Shown here in pieces: positions 17,188 to 25,041 of a stretch of DNA of 31,144 bases. Location of the stretch: positions 1 through 31,144 of the forward strand of contig CAXTTL010000030.1 in the NCBI GenBank assembly GCA_964247135.1, in the 5' to 3' direction. The notes under the pieces were generated by a model that saw only the letters and a program-made list of their open reading frames with translations, was not told where the DNA came from and searched no databases. Each line of letters starts with the position of its first letter. The stretch's first letter is position 1. The position numbers and the translations under genes were made by a program. The DNA is from an uncultured Deinococcales bacterium (lineage in GTDB: Bacteria > Deinococcota > Deinococci > Deinococcales > JAAFIG01).

Positions 17188-18248
17188 AAAAAATCTTCGT
17201 ACCTGCACTGCTCTTGGTCGCCAGCTTCGCCCTCGCCCAAACCGCCGCCACGCCAATCACTTTGAACAGCGCCATTCAAAAAGCCTTTAAATTCGGTCCA
17301 GATTTGGCATCCAGCACGGCATCGCTCGAGAATGCCAAAGCCAATTTGGCTTCGACTTTGGCTGATCCAAGTTCAGTCATCACCCAGATCACGACCGCAC
17401 AAAACGCCGTGGAATTGCAAAGCGTGGGATTGCAGGCGCAACGCATTACCGTGACGGGCAACGTCACGACAGCATTTTTAAACTTGTTTGAGGCACAAGA
17501 AAACATCGCGGTGCTGCAAGCCAACATTGCGCTGGATCAGACAAATTTGAATGTTGCCAAAGCCAAACTGGCGCAAAAGAACGGCACGCAGCTCGATGTC
17601 GCCAAAGCCGAAAACACGCTTGCCAACGACACCCAAAGCCTGGCAAACGCCAACAACAACCTGCCGATTTTAAGCAACAAACTCGAGCCACTGCTCGGAA
17701 CGCCGCTCAATTCAAACCTCAAAGCCGCCGAAGCGCCAGCCTTCAAAGAGGTCAAAATCGATTATGCCAGCTTGGAAAACGGTCTCGAGAAACGCGTCTC
17801 CAGCGTCTTACAAGCCGCGCAAAGTGTCGAAGTGGCGGACTTGAACGTGCAACTTGCCGACAATGATTACACCGCACCAGCCACCCTGCGCGACAACAAG
17901 ATCACCCTCGAGAATGCAAAGCGCAGCTTGGAGACCAGCAAAGCCAACGCCGTGACCAGCCTGAAAGATGCCTACCGCAATGTGTTAAACGCTCTGGAGT
18001 TGATCAAGGTTGCCAGCAAAAACCTCGAGAATGCCAACACCTCTTTGGCGCAGGACAGCGTGAAATTCAAGAGCGGCACGATCTCGAAGGTGGCATTGCA
18101 ACAAACCCAAAACTCCAAATTGCAATCTGAATACAGTTACCTGACCACAACCGACAATTATTTCAAAGCCCTCAGTCAACTGTCCTCCGCCGCTGGAACG
18201 GACGTGACCGGTTTGGTTGCCATCGGGCTGGGAGAAGGTGCGAAATGA
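17184..18248 (+). CDS. TolC-family protein 2 (short, mostly helical)
   Basis: ATGA overlap; signal peptide; OEP-like helical repeats (KFKSGTISK). Confidence 0.75.
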   Translation: MKKIFVPALLLVASFALAQTAATPITLNSAIQKAFKFGPDLASSTASLENAKANLASTLADPSSVITQITTAQNAVELQSVGLQAQRITVTGNVTTAFLNLFEAQENIAVLQANIALDQTNLNVAKAKLAQKNGTQLDVAKAENTLANDTQSLANANNNLPILSNKLEPLLGTPLNSNLKAAEAPAFKEVKIDYASLENGLEKRVSSVLQAAQSVEVADLNVQLADNDYTAPATLRDNKITLENAKRSLETSKANAVTSLKDAYRNVLNALELIKVASKNLENANTSLAQDSVKFKSGTISKVALQQTQNSKLQSEYSYLTTTDNYFKALSQLSSAAGTDVTGLVAIGLGEGAK

Positions 18249-19558
18249 CAAGTACCCGACCACGGGCAAAGAGGGGTTTTAACACGCGGTGGTTGCTTGT
18301 TTTGTTACCAATTCTTGCGCTGGTCGGATTGTTTGCTTCGGGAATCATTAAACTACCAGGCTCGAAGAGCACCGACACGACCGCCAAACTCGAGACGGTC
18401 AACGCCACACGAGGCACGTTTCGGGTTTCGGTGACGGGTCCCGGCACGCTTGAAGCCGTGCAAAGTTTGGATGTCAAACCGCAAGTGAGCGGCACCATTT
18501 TAAGCCTACCCAAAGAGGGACAGCGCGTTTTAAAGGGTGAATTGATTGCCACACTCGACCAAACCACCCTGCAACGAACCTTTGAGAACGCACAACTGAG
18601 TTTGAGAAAAGCCAACGCCCAACTCGAGTCACAACGCAGTTCGCAAGCCAGCAGTCGCGCCAGTCAGCAGCAACAAATCGCCTCGAGTCAAGCCAGTTAT
18701 TCCAATGCCCTACTCCAGGTGACGAACGCCCAGACCGCTTTGAACAGCGCCCACAAACTCTTTACGGCAGGCGGAAACTCGAGTTTAGACGTACAAAATG
18801 CCCAAAGCACACTCGAGACAGCGCAAGCCAACCTCGAATCGGCGCGGGTGGCACTCGACACCAACAAAAATGCGGTGGGTTTAAAAGCCAGTTCGGACTC
18901 GCAAGACCTCAAAAACCTGCAACTCGCCATCGATCAAGCCAATATCAGTTTGCGCAACGCCCAGACCGACCTGGCAGACACCAAAATTTACGCCCAGATG
19001 AACGGCGTGGTTTACAACATCGCCGCCCAAATCGGCGGCTCGCCGAGCAACGGAGCTGCACTTTTCACGCTTCTGGACGACTCGAGCGTCAATTTGCCCG
19101 TACAGGTGGACGAGACCGAAATTGCCAAAATTAAACTCGGGCAGAGCGCCGAACTGAGCCTCGACGCGATTCCAGACCAAAAATTTCAGGGCAAAGTCAC
19201 CAAAATTTCGCCGCAAGCCAAAATCTCGCAGAACATCGCCGTGTTTTACGTGACCGTGACCGTGCCGAACGCCGACCTGCAACTGCGCCCAGGCATGACC
19301 GCCGAAGCCGAGGTGATCTCGCTCGAGGTGGCAAACGCACTAACGCTGCCCAAACGCGCCATCCAGACGGTGCGAACCCGCTCTTACGTGACCGTGATCG
19401 ACCCCAAAACCAAAGTCCAAGACACCGTGCGCGTGCATACCGGCGCGGACGACGGCACGAACATTGTGATCGAATCTGGACTTGACCCGCAGCAAACCGT
19501 GGTGCTTCCAACCCGTGCCAGCGCAGGCTCGAGCGGCGCCGCCATTGGGGGCAACTGA
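18245..19558 (+). CDS. Periplasmic adaptor / membrane fusion protein (MacA/HlyD-like)
   Basis: N-terminal TM, VKPQVSGTI lipoyl half, long alpha-hairpin, VDETEI and LRPGMTA. Confidence 0.9.
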   Translation: MTSTRPRAKRGFNTRWLLVLLPILALVGLFASGIIKLPGSKSTDTTAKLETVNATRGTFRVSVTGPGTLEAVQSLDVKPQVSGTILSLPKEGQRVLKGELIATLDQTTLQRTFENAQLSLRKANAQLESQRSSQASSRASQQQQIASSQASYSNALLQVTNAQTALNSAHKLFTAGGNSSLDVQNAQSTLETAQANLESARVALDTNKNAVGLKASSDSQDLKNLQLAIDQANISLRNAQTDLADTKIYAQMNGVVYNIAAQIGGSPSNGAALFTLLDDSSVNLPVQVDETEIAKIKLGQSAELSLDAIPDQKFQGKVTKISPQAKISQNIAVFYVTVTVPNADLQLRPGMTAEAEVISLEVANALTLPKRAIQTVRTRSYVTVIDPKTKVQDTVRVHTGADDGTNIVIESGLDPQQTVVLPTRASAGSSGAAIGGN

Positions 19559-19559
19559 G

Positions 19560-20309
19560 ATGGACGCCATCTTGAAGCTCGAGAACATCACCAAAACCTA
19601 CACGATGGGCGAAATGGATTTTCAAGCCCTGAAGGGCGTGAGCTTGGAGATTTTTGATGGCGACATGGTGGCGCTGATGGGTCCAAGCGGAAGCGGCAAA
19701 ACCACCATGATGCAAGTGATCGGGCTGTTGGATCGCCCAACCACCGGCGAGTATTATTTGCGCGGACGTGACGTGACCGAACTGACCGAGAACGAACGCT
19801 CTGAAGCCCGTAACCTCGAGATTGGCTTTGTCTTCCAAGCCTTCCATTTGCTGAGCCGCCAGAATTTGCTCGAGAACGTCGAAGTGCCGCTGACCTACGC
19901 GGGTTGGAATTCCAGAGAACGCCGCGAACGCGCCATGCAGATGCTCGAGAAGGTCGGGCTGGCGGACAAAGCCAGAAACCTGCCGAGCCAGATTTCGGGC
20001 GGTCAAAAACAGCGCGTCGCCGTGGCGAGGGCGCTCACCATGAGTCCAGCGATTTTGCTGGCGGATGAACCCACGGGCAACCTGGATTCCAGAACTTCTG
20101 AAGAAATCATGGCATTGTTTCAAGAACTCAACGATGAGGGCAGCACCGTGGTGATTGTGACCCACGAACCCGACATTGGGGCGCACTGCAAACGCATTGT
20201 ACGGCTGCGCGACGGTCTGCTCGAGTCCGACACCATCCAAGCCAACCCACGCCGCGCCCTCGCCTACGGCACAAATGCGCCGAACACCGTCAGCGCCATC
20301 AGCATTTAA
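19560..20309 (+). CDS. ABC transporter ATP-binding protein (MacB/LolD-like)
   Basis: Walker A GPSGSGKT, signature ISGGQKQR, Walker B LLADEPTGNLD and H-loop VTHE. Confidence 0.95.
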   Translation: MDAILKLENITKTYTMGEMDFQALKGVSLEIFDGDMVALMGPSGSGKTTMMQVIGLLDRPTTGEYYLRGRDVTELTENERSEARNLEIGFVFQAFHLLSRQNLLENVEVPLTYAGWNSRERRERAMQMLEKVGLADKARNLPSQISGGQKQRVAVARALTMSPAILLADEPTGNLDSRTSEEIMALFQELNDEGSTVVIVTHEPDIGAHCKRIVRLRDGLLESDTIQANPRRALAYGTNAPNTVSAISI

Positions 20310-20330
20310 ACTCTCGAGGAGGATGAAGTT

Positions 20331-21638
20331 ATGGAAGCCATCAACAATCGCCCCCTCGAGAAAGCCGCGCCGCAACCTCGGGTTGGCAATAAGGTCGGAC
20401 TGAACTTTGGGCAAACCCTGCAAATCGCCTGGCGGGCGATCCTCGCCAACAAAACCCGCAGTTTATTGACCGCCCTGGGCGTGATTATCGGCGTCGCCGC
20501 CGTGATCGCCCTGACCAGCCTGGGTTCGGGCGCGACGGGCGGCATCACCAAACAACTCGAGGGACTTGGCACAAACCTGCTGACCGTCGGCAGTGGTGCA
20601 GGCGGACGCGGTGGACCTCCAGGTTTGGTGCGCACGGGTGGTCAGCAAACCATCACGATGGGCGATGTCAAAGCCATCAAAGACCTGGGCGGCGACATTG
20701 CTGGCGTTGCGCCGACGATTCAAACCAATTCCCAAGCCAAATATTCGGGCACCAACATGAGCGTGACCGTGATCGGCACGACCCCAGATTACGAGATCGT
20801 GCGCAACTCGAGCGTCGCCAAAGGCGCTTGGTTCAGCACCAGCGACGTCAATGGGCGCAAACGCGTGGCGGTGATCGGTTATCAGGTGCAAACCGATTTG
20901 TTCGGCAACACCGACGCGATGGGACAAAAATTTAAGGTCGGCGGCGTCAGTTTTACCGTGGTCGGAATCATGCCCGACAAGGGCAACAGCGGTTTTGCCA
21001 GTCCGAACTCGCAGGTTTTTGTGCCGCTCAATACTTTCCAGCAGCGCCTGTCCAAAACCTCGAGCGCCAGCGGTCAACTGACGGTGCAAAGCATCAGCGT
21101 GCAGGGCAAAAACAAAGACACGTTAAAAGACTTGCAGCAAAAAATCACCGATTTGCTGGCACTGCGGCACAAAAAAGCAACCCCCGACGATTACGATTTT
21201 AACGTCTCGAACCAAGCAGACGCCCTCTCGAGCGTCAACCAGATCACGACCATTTTGACGCTTTTCTTGGGCGGTGTGGCGGGCATTTCGCTCTTGGTCG
21301 GCGGCATTGGCATCATGAATATCATGCTGGTTTCTGTCACCGAACGCACCAGGGAAATTGGGATTCGCAAAGCCCTCGGCGCAAAACCTCGAGACATCTT
21401 GACCCAATTTTTGGTCGAGGCGTTCGTGCTCTCCGTCGGTGGTGGCATCATCGGGATCATGATCGGGCTGGGTTTGGCTTTCGGGGCTGGAAGTGCCATC
21501 AGCATCGTTCCCGTGGTCAGTCCGACCAGCGTCTTGCTGGCGTTTGGCTTCAGCGCCGCCGTCGGGATTTTCTTCGGATATTACCCCGCCTCGCAAGCCG
21601 CCAAACTTGACCCCGTGGAAAGTCTGCGTTACGAATAG
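20331..21638 (+). CDS. ABC permease, MacB/FtsX family
   Basis: RSLLTALGVIIG, GIMNIMLVSVTERTREIGIRKALGA and LDPVESLRYE. Confidence 0.95.
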   Translation: MEAINNRPLEKAAPQPRVGNKVGLNFGQTLQIAWRAILANKTRSLLTALGVIIGVAAVIALTSLGSGATGGITKQLEGLGTNLLTVGSGAGGRGGPPGLVRTGGQQTITMGDVKAIKDLGGDIAGVAPTIQTNSQAKYSGTNMSVTVIGTTPDYEIVRNSSVAKGAWFSTSDVNGRKRVAVIGYQVQTDLFGNTDAMGQKFKVGGVSFTVVGIMPDKGNSGFASPNSQVFVPLNTFQQRLSKTSSASGQLTVQSISVQGKNKDTLKDLQQKITDLLALRHKKATPDDYDFNVSNQADALSSVNQITTILTLFLGGVAGISLLVGGIGIMNIMLVSVTERTREIGIRKALGAKPRDILTQFLVEAFVLSVGGGIIGIMIGLGLAFGAGSAISIVPVVSPTSVLLAFGFSAAVGIFFGYYPASQAAKLDPVESLRYE

Positions 21639-21746
21639 TTTAAACAGTAAATAATCTGAAACCCGTATCAAACCCAAACGCACAACAAACGCCCAGCTTC
21701 CCGAGACATACTGAAGCTCGAGAAAGACCGCTCAAAGGAGAAATTT

Positions 21747-22352
21747 ATGCGAAAACCACTCTTATTCACCCTGGCAATCTCGAGTTTGTTTGCGCTGGCA
21801 ATCGCCCAGCAAGCTCCCCCACCTGGCGGCGGATTTGGTCAAAACCCTGCCATGCAAGCCAAATTTAAAAAATACCAACCCTGGTTTGACCTGACCAACA
21901 CCGTAACCCTGATGAACGACGTGGACAAAGAAAAAGGCTTGGCATTTACCAAAGCCCAAGCCAAACTGGCGCTGCCAATTCTCAAAGACCTGGCGAACCG
22001 AGCCGTTTTAAAACCCGAAGACGCCACCAAAATCACCACCACGCTCGAGGATAAGGTCATCAACGACAAGCAACTGAAATGGATGGACGATACCCAACTC
22101 AAACGCGACGAGGAGCGCCGCAAGCAAATGGCGGCTCGAGCGGCGGCAAACGCCGCGAATAACACCAGCGCCGTTCGTCTTCCAGGGGTTGGCGGCGCGG
22201 GAAACCGTCCCCCTGGCGCGGGCGGACCTGGCGGCGGCGGGCAACGCGCCATGTTCGACGCGATCATGAACGACAAACCGTACAACCCATTCAAAGCTGG
22301 GCGAGGGGCGGATGCCCTGAAAACCCTGACCGACACCCTTTCAAAGCGTTAA
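21747..22352 (+). CDS. Secreted helical hypothetical protein with a Gly/Pro-rich linker
   Basis: AAGGAG RBS; signal peptide ending AIA-Q; CATACT -10 candidate at 21707. Confidence 0.8.
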   Translation: MRKPLLFTLAISSLFALAIAQQAPPPGGGFGQNPAMQAKFKKYQPWFDLTNTVTLMNDVDKEKGLAFTKAQAKLALPILKDLANRAVLKPEDATKITTTLEDKVINDKQLKWMDDTQLKRDEERRKQMAARAAANAANNTSAVRLPGVGGAGNRPPGAGGPGGGGQRAMFDAIMNDKPYNPFKAGRGADALKTLTDTLSKR

Positions 22353-22367
22353 TCGATTCAACATACC

Positions 22368-22396
22368 AAAGGCTCGAGCGCAAATCTCGAGCCTTT
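22368..22396. terminator. Bidirectional terminator built from two CTCGAG sites
   Basis: AAAGGCTCGAG-cgcaaat-CTCGAGCCTTT between convergent genes. Confidence 0.8.
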
Positions 22397-22888
22397 TTAC
22401 CGTTGGTAATTCCAAGACAGCATTTTCCCACCCTCGTAAGGCATGACCCCGTGAAAAACTCGACGGTCAGCGTCAAACACGAGCGGCAAAAAATTCTTGT
22501 CGCCCTCCCAGAGCGGCAACGCCCCAGAGAGCAAACCCGAGACGGGTTGCCACTCAAGATCACCCTCGGGATTGGAGGTTTTGAGCGTGCCAGAGTAACC
22601 TCGAGCCAGGAAAATAAAACCAAACCAATCCTCGCCAGCTTTGCCAAAACCCGCCCAGGAAATCGTGCCGCGCAACTCCACCCGCTCGAGCGTGACACCA
22701 GCCTCCTCGAAAAATTCGCGGTTTAAACACTCGAGCACGGTTTCACTTGGCTCGAGTTTGCCGCCCAGACCGTTGTACTTGCCAAGATGCGCGTCCGAAG
22801 CTCGAGCGTTACGGTGAATCAACAACACGCTTTGTTCGTCTTCGGACAGCAAATACCCAAGCGTGGCAAGAATCGGCGTGTACGGCAT
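22397..22888 (-). CDS. Nudix hydrolase (8-oxo-dGTP diphosphatase, MutT/MTH1-like)
   Basis: Nudix box GGKLEPSETVLECLNREFFEEAG; PEGDLEW and LWEGD motifs. Confidence 0.88.
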   Translation of the reverse strand: MPYTPILATLGYLLSEDEQSVLLIHRNARASDAHLGKYNGLGGKLEPSETVLECLNREFFEEAGVTLERVELRGTISWAGFGKAGEDWFGFIFLARGYSGTLKTSNPEGDLEWQPVSGLLSGALPLWEGDKNFLPLVFDADRRVFHGVMPYEGGKMLSWNYQR

Positions 22889-23458
22889 TTAAGACCCGAT
22901 CACTTTCTCGAGAAACAACTGGTGCAACCTCGAGTCGTTGGTCAATTCCGGGTGAAAACTGCTCGCCATGATCCGGTCTTTTCGCGCCACGACAATGCAA
23001 TCCTCAAAGCTCGAGAGGACCTCCACACCCTCGCCAACCGATTCGATCACCGGAGCACGAATAAAAACCGTGTGAAACGGCGCGTCCAAACCTTTGACCA
23101 AAAGCGGCACTTCAAACGAATCGACTTGCCGCCCAAACGCATTGCGCCGAATTCGCATCTCGAGCAGACCAAGGCGCGGTTGAGAGGATTGCACAATATC
23201 CGTGGCGAGCAAAATTGCGCCCGCGCACGTTCCCCAAATTGCCCCGCCTCGAGCCGCAAATTCTTTTAACGCCGTGTCCAGCCCGTAAGCCACCATCAGC
23301 TTGCCAATCGTGGTGCTCTCCCCTCCTGGAAAAATCACACCAGCCAAACCCTCCAAGTGCTTTGGGAGCCGCACCTCCTGCACCGAACACCCCAGACGCT
23401 CGAGCATCAATTTGTGCTCACGGAAATCACCTTGCAATGCCAGAACGCCTACATTCAT
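22889..23458 (-). CDS. pdxT: Pyridoxal 5'-phosphate synthase glutaminase subunit
   Basis: GVLALQGDF, PGGESTT, GTCAG, FIRAP and FHPELT. Confidence 0.97.
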   Translation of the reverse strand: MNVGVLALQGDFREHKLMLERLGCSVQEVRLPKHLEGLAGVIFPGGESTTIGKLMVAYGLDTALKEFAARGGAIWGTCAGAILLATDIVQSSQPRLGLLEMRIRRNAFGRQVDSFEVPLLVKGLDAPFHTVFIRAPVIESVGEGVEVLSSFEDCIVVARKDRIMASSFHPELTNDSRLHQLFLEKVIGS

Positions 23459-23511
23459 GCACACCTCGAGAATCACAAAATGACAACGAATACACCTTGC
23501 CTCACCTGAAG

Positions 23512-23691
23512 CCCTCACCCGACTTCTTGCCCCTTACAGCAGCACCTGACGGGCTTGGGGCGCTCGCTTAGGCTCGTCACCCTCTCCCTCTCCCGCAAGC
23601 GGGAGAGGGTTCAAAACGCATTATTTTCGTTTCTCAAGTTGGGAATAAAACTCCCTTCTCCTGATGTTGGGAGAAGGGTTGGGGATGAGGG
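23512..23691. repeat. Inverted pair of REP-like CCCTCACCC/CCCTCTCCC..GGGAGAGGG palindromic units
   Basis: Hairpins at 23586-23609 and 23653-23678; termini CCCTCACCC and GGGGATGAGGG are near-complementary. Confidence 0.75.
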
Positions 23692-23735
23692 TAGAAAAAC
23701 GATCATTCCAAATGAGCAAGGGCTAATTGCTGTCC

Positions 23736-24641
23736 TTACCAGCCGCGAACAGCCATTTTTTGATCTGGAGTTAACGCGACAACTTGAATCCCAACCATTG
23801 CTTCGCCCAGGTTTCTCGAGACTTCCGCCAAAATTTCTGGGTCTTTGTAATGCGTGACGGCTTTGACAATCGCTTGGGCGCGTTTGACCGGGTCGCCTGA
23901 TTTGAAGATGCCCGAACCGACGAACACGCCGTCCAAGCCAAGGTGCATCATCAGGGCGGCATCGGCTGGGGTTGCCACGCCACCGGCGGCAAAGTTAGGC
24001 ACTGGAAGCTTGCCATTTGCCCAGACGTACCGCACCAACTCAAATGGCGCCTGTAAATCCCTTGCCATCGTCATCAGTTCGTCCTCGGGCAAGCCTTGGA
24101 CTTTACGGATTTCGCCCATGATCTGCCTGGCGTGGGTCACGGCTTCGACCACATCGCCCGTGCCAGGTTCGCCTTTGGTGCGAATCATGGCAGCGCCCTC
24201 ACCGATGCGGCGCAAGGCTTCACCGAGGTTTCTCGAGCCGCAAACGAACGGCACTTTGAAATCGTGTTTGTTGACGTGGTACTGGTTGTCGGCTGGGGTC
24301 AAGACTTCGGATTCGTCGATGAAATCCACGCCCAAAGATTGCAAGATTTGCGCCTCGACAAAATGCCCGATGCGGCACTTTGCCATGACCGGAATGCTGA
24401 CCGCGTTGACGATGCCGACCACCATGTCGGGGTCGCTCATGCGGGCGACGCCACCGTCGCGGCGAATGTCGGCTGGGACGCGCTCGAGCGCCATGACTGC
24501 GGTTGCGCCCGCGTCTTCGGCGATGATGGCTTGTTCGGGCGTGACGACGTCCATGATCACGCCGCCTTTGAACATTTCGGCAAAGCCCGTTTTGACACGC
24601 AACGTGCCCGTTTCGGTGTGATTTACTTTGGATTCCAACAT
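23736..24641 (-). CDS. pdxS: Pyridoxal 5'-phosphate synthase lyase subunit
   Basis: GGAGG RBS before ATG 24641; [26 protein letters not shown] and FVGSGIFKS. Confidence 0.98.
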   Translation of the reverse strand: MLESKVNHTETGTLRVKTGFAEMFKGGVIMDVVTPEQAIIAEDAGATAVMALERVPADIRRDGGVARMSDPDMVVGIVNAVSIPVMAKCRIGHFVEAQILQSLGVDFIDESEVLTPADNQYHVNKHDFKVPFVCGSRNLGEALRRIGEGAAMIRTKGEPGTGDVVEAVTHARQIMGEIRKVQGLPEDELMTMARDLQAPFELVRYVWANGKLPVPNFAAGGVATPADAALMMHLGLDGVFVGSGIFKSGDPVKRAQAIVKAVTHYKDPEILAEVSRNLGEAMVGIQVVALTPDQKMAVRGW

Positions 24642-24767
24642 ATTCGTACCTCCGAAACGTGATATTAGCACTTTGAAAAAGGGATTATTGTTGCTCCAGT
24701 GTGATTCTCGAGACTCGAGTAACACTGAGATGAAGCCGTGCTGAAAATCCGTTGATGGTTGTGGATA

Positions 24768-24950
24768 TCAACGCAACCCGACCGTTCTGGCACGAACTGG
24801 CACAATGCGCTCGAGGTAACGGGCAAGTTCGAGGGCACTTTCAAACTCGCGTTTTTCGTGATTGTCGGATCGCTCGAGACTTGCAGACCAAATACGTGGC
24901 GGGTTGGAAATGTAGACGATGACCTCGAGGTGGACGGTGCGTTGATTCAC
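24768..24950 (-). CDS. Small hypothetical protein (60 aa)
   Basis: AAGGAGG RBS 5 nt before GTG; WSASLE..REFESALELARYL pattern. Confidence 0.7.
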   Translation of the reverse strand: MNQRTVHLEVIVYISNPPRIWSASLERSDNHEKREFESALELARYLERIVPVRARTVGLR

Positions 24951-24984
24951 GGCTTCCTCCTTTGGAAAGCTAAACAAAAGTTGC

Positions 24985-25024
24985 GAAACAAGAAACTCGA
25001 GATGCAACAATCTGCACCTCGAGT
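24985..25024 (-). terminator. Terminator-like hairpin built from two CTCGAG sites
   Basis: Minus strand ACTCGAGGTGCA-gattgt-TGCATCTCGAGT followed by TTCTTGTTT. Confidence 0.6.
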
Positions 25025-25041
25025 CTTTTATTGAAGCGGTG

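Noticed and set aside
19197-20423. 408-aa minus-strand ORF
   Set aside because: Antisense shadow of the adaptor and ABC ATPase genes, with no recognisable motifs
23555-23857. 100-aa ORF across the pdxT-pdxS spacer
   Set aside because: It is a translation of the REP-like element plus antisense pdxS
23854-24662. 255-aa and 188-aa plus-strand ORFs
   Set aside because: Antisense to the highly conserved pdxS
24660-24705. Possible PdxR (MocR) operator upstream of pdxS
   Set aside because: Only a weak resemblance (CACTGG and AAAGTGC), and no MocR gene in the window
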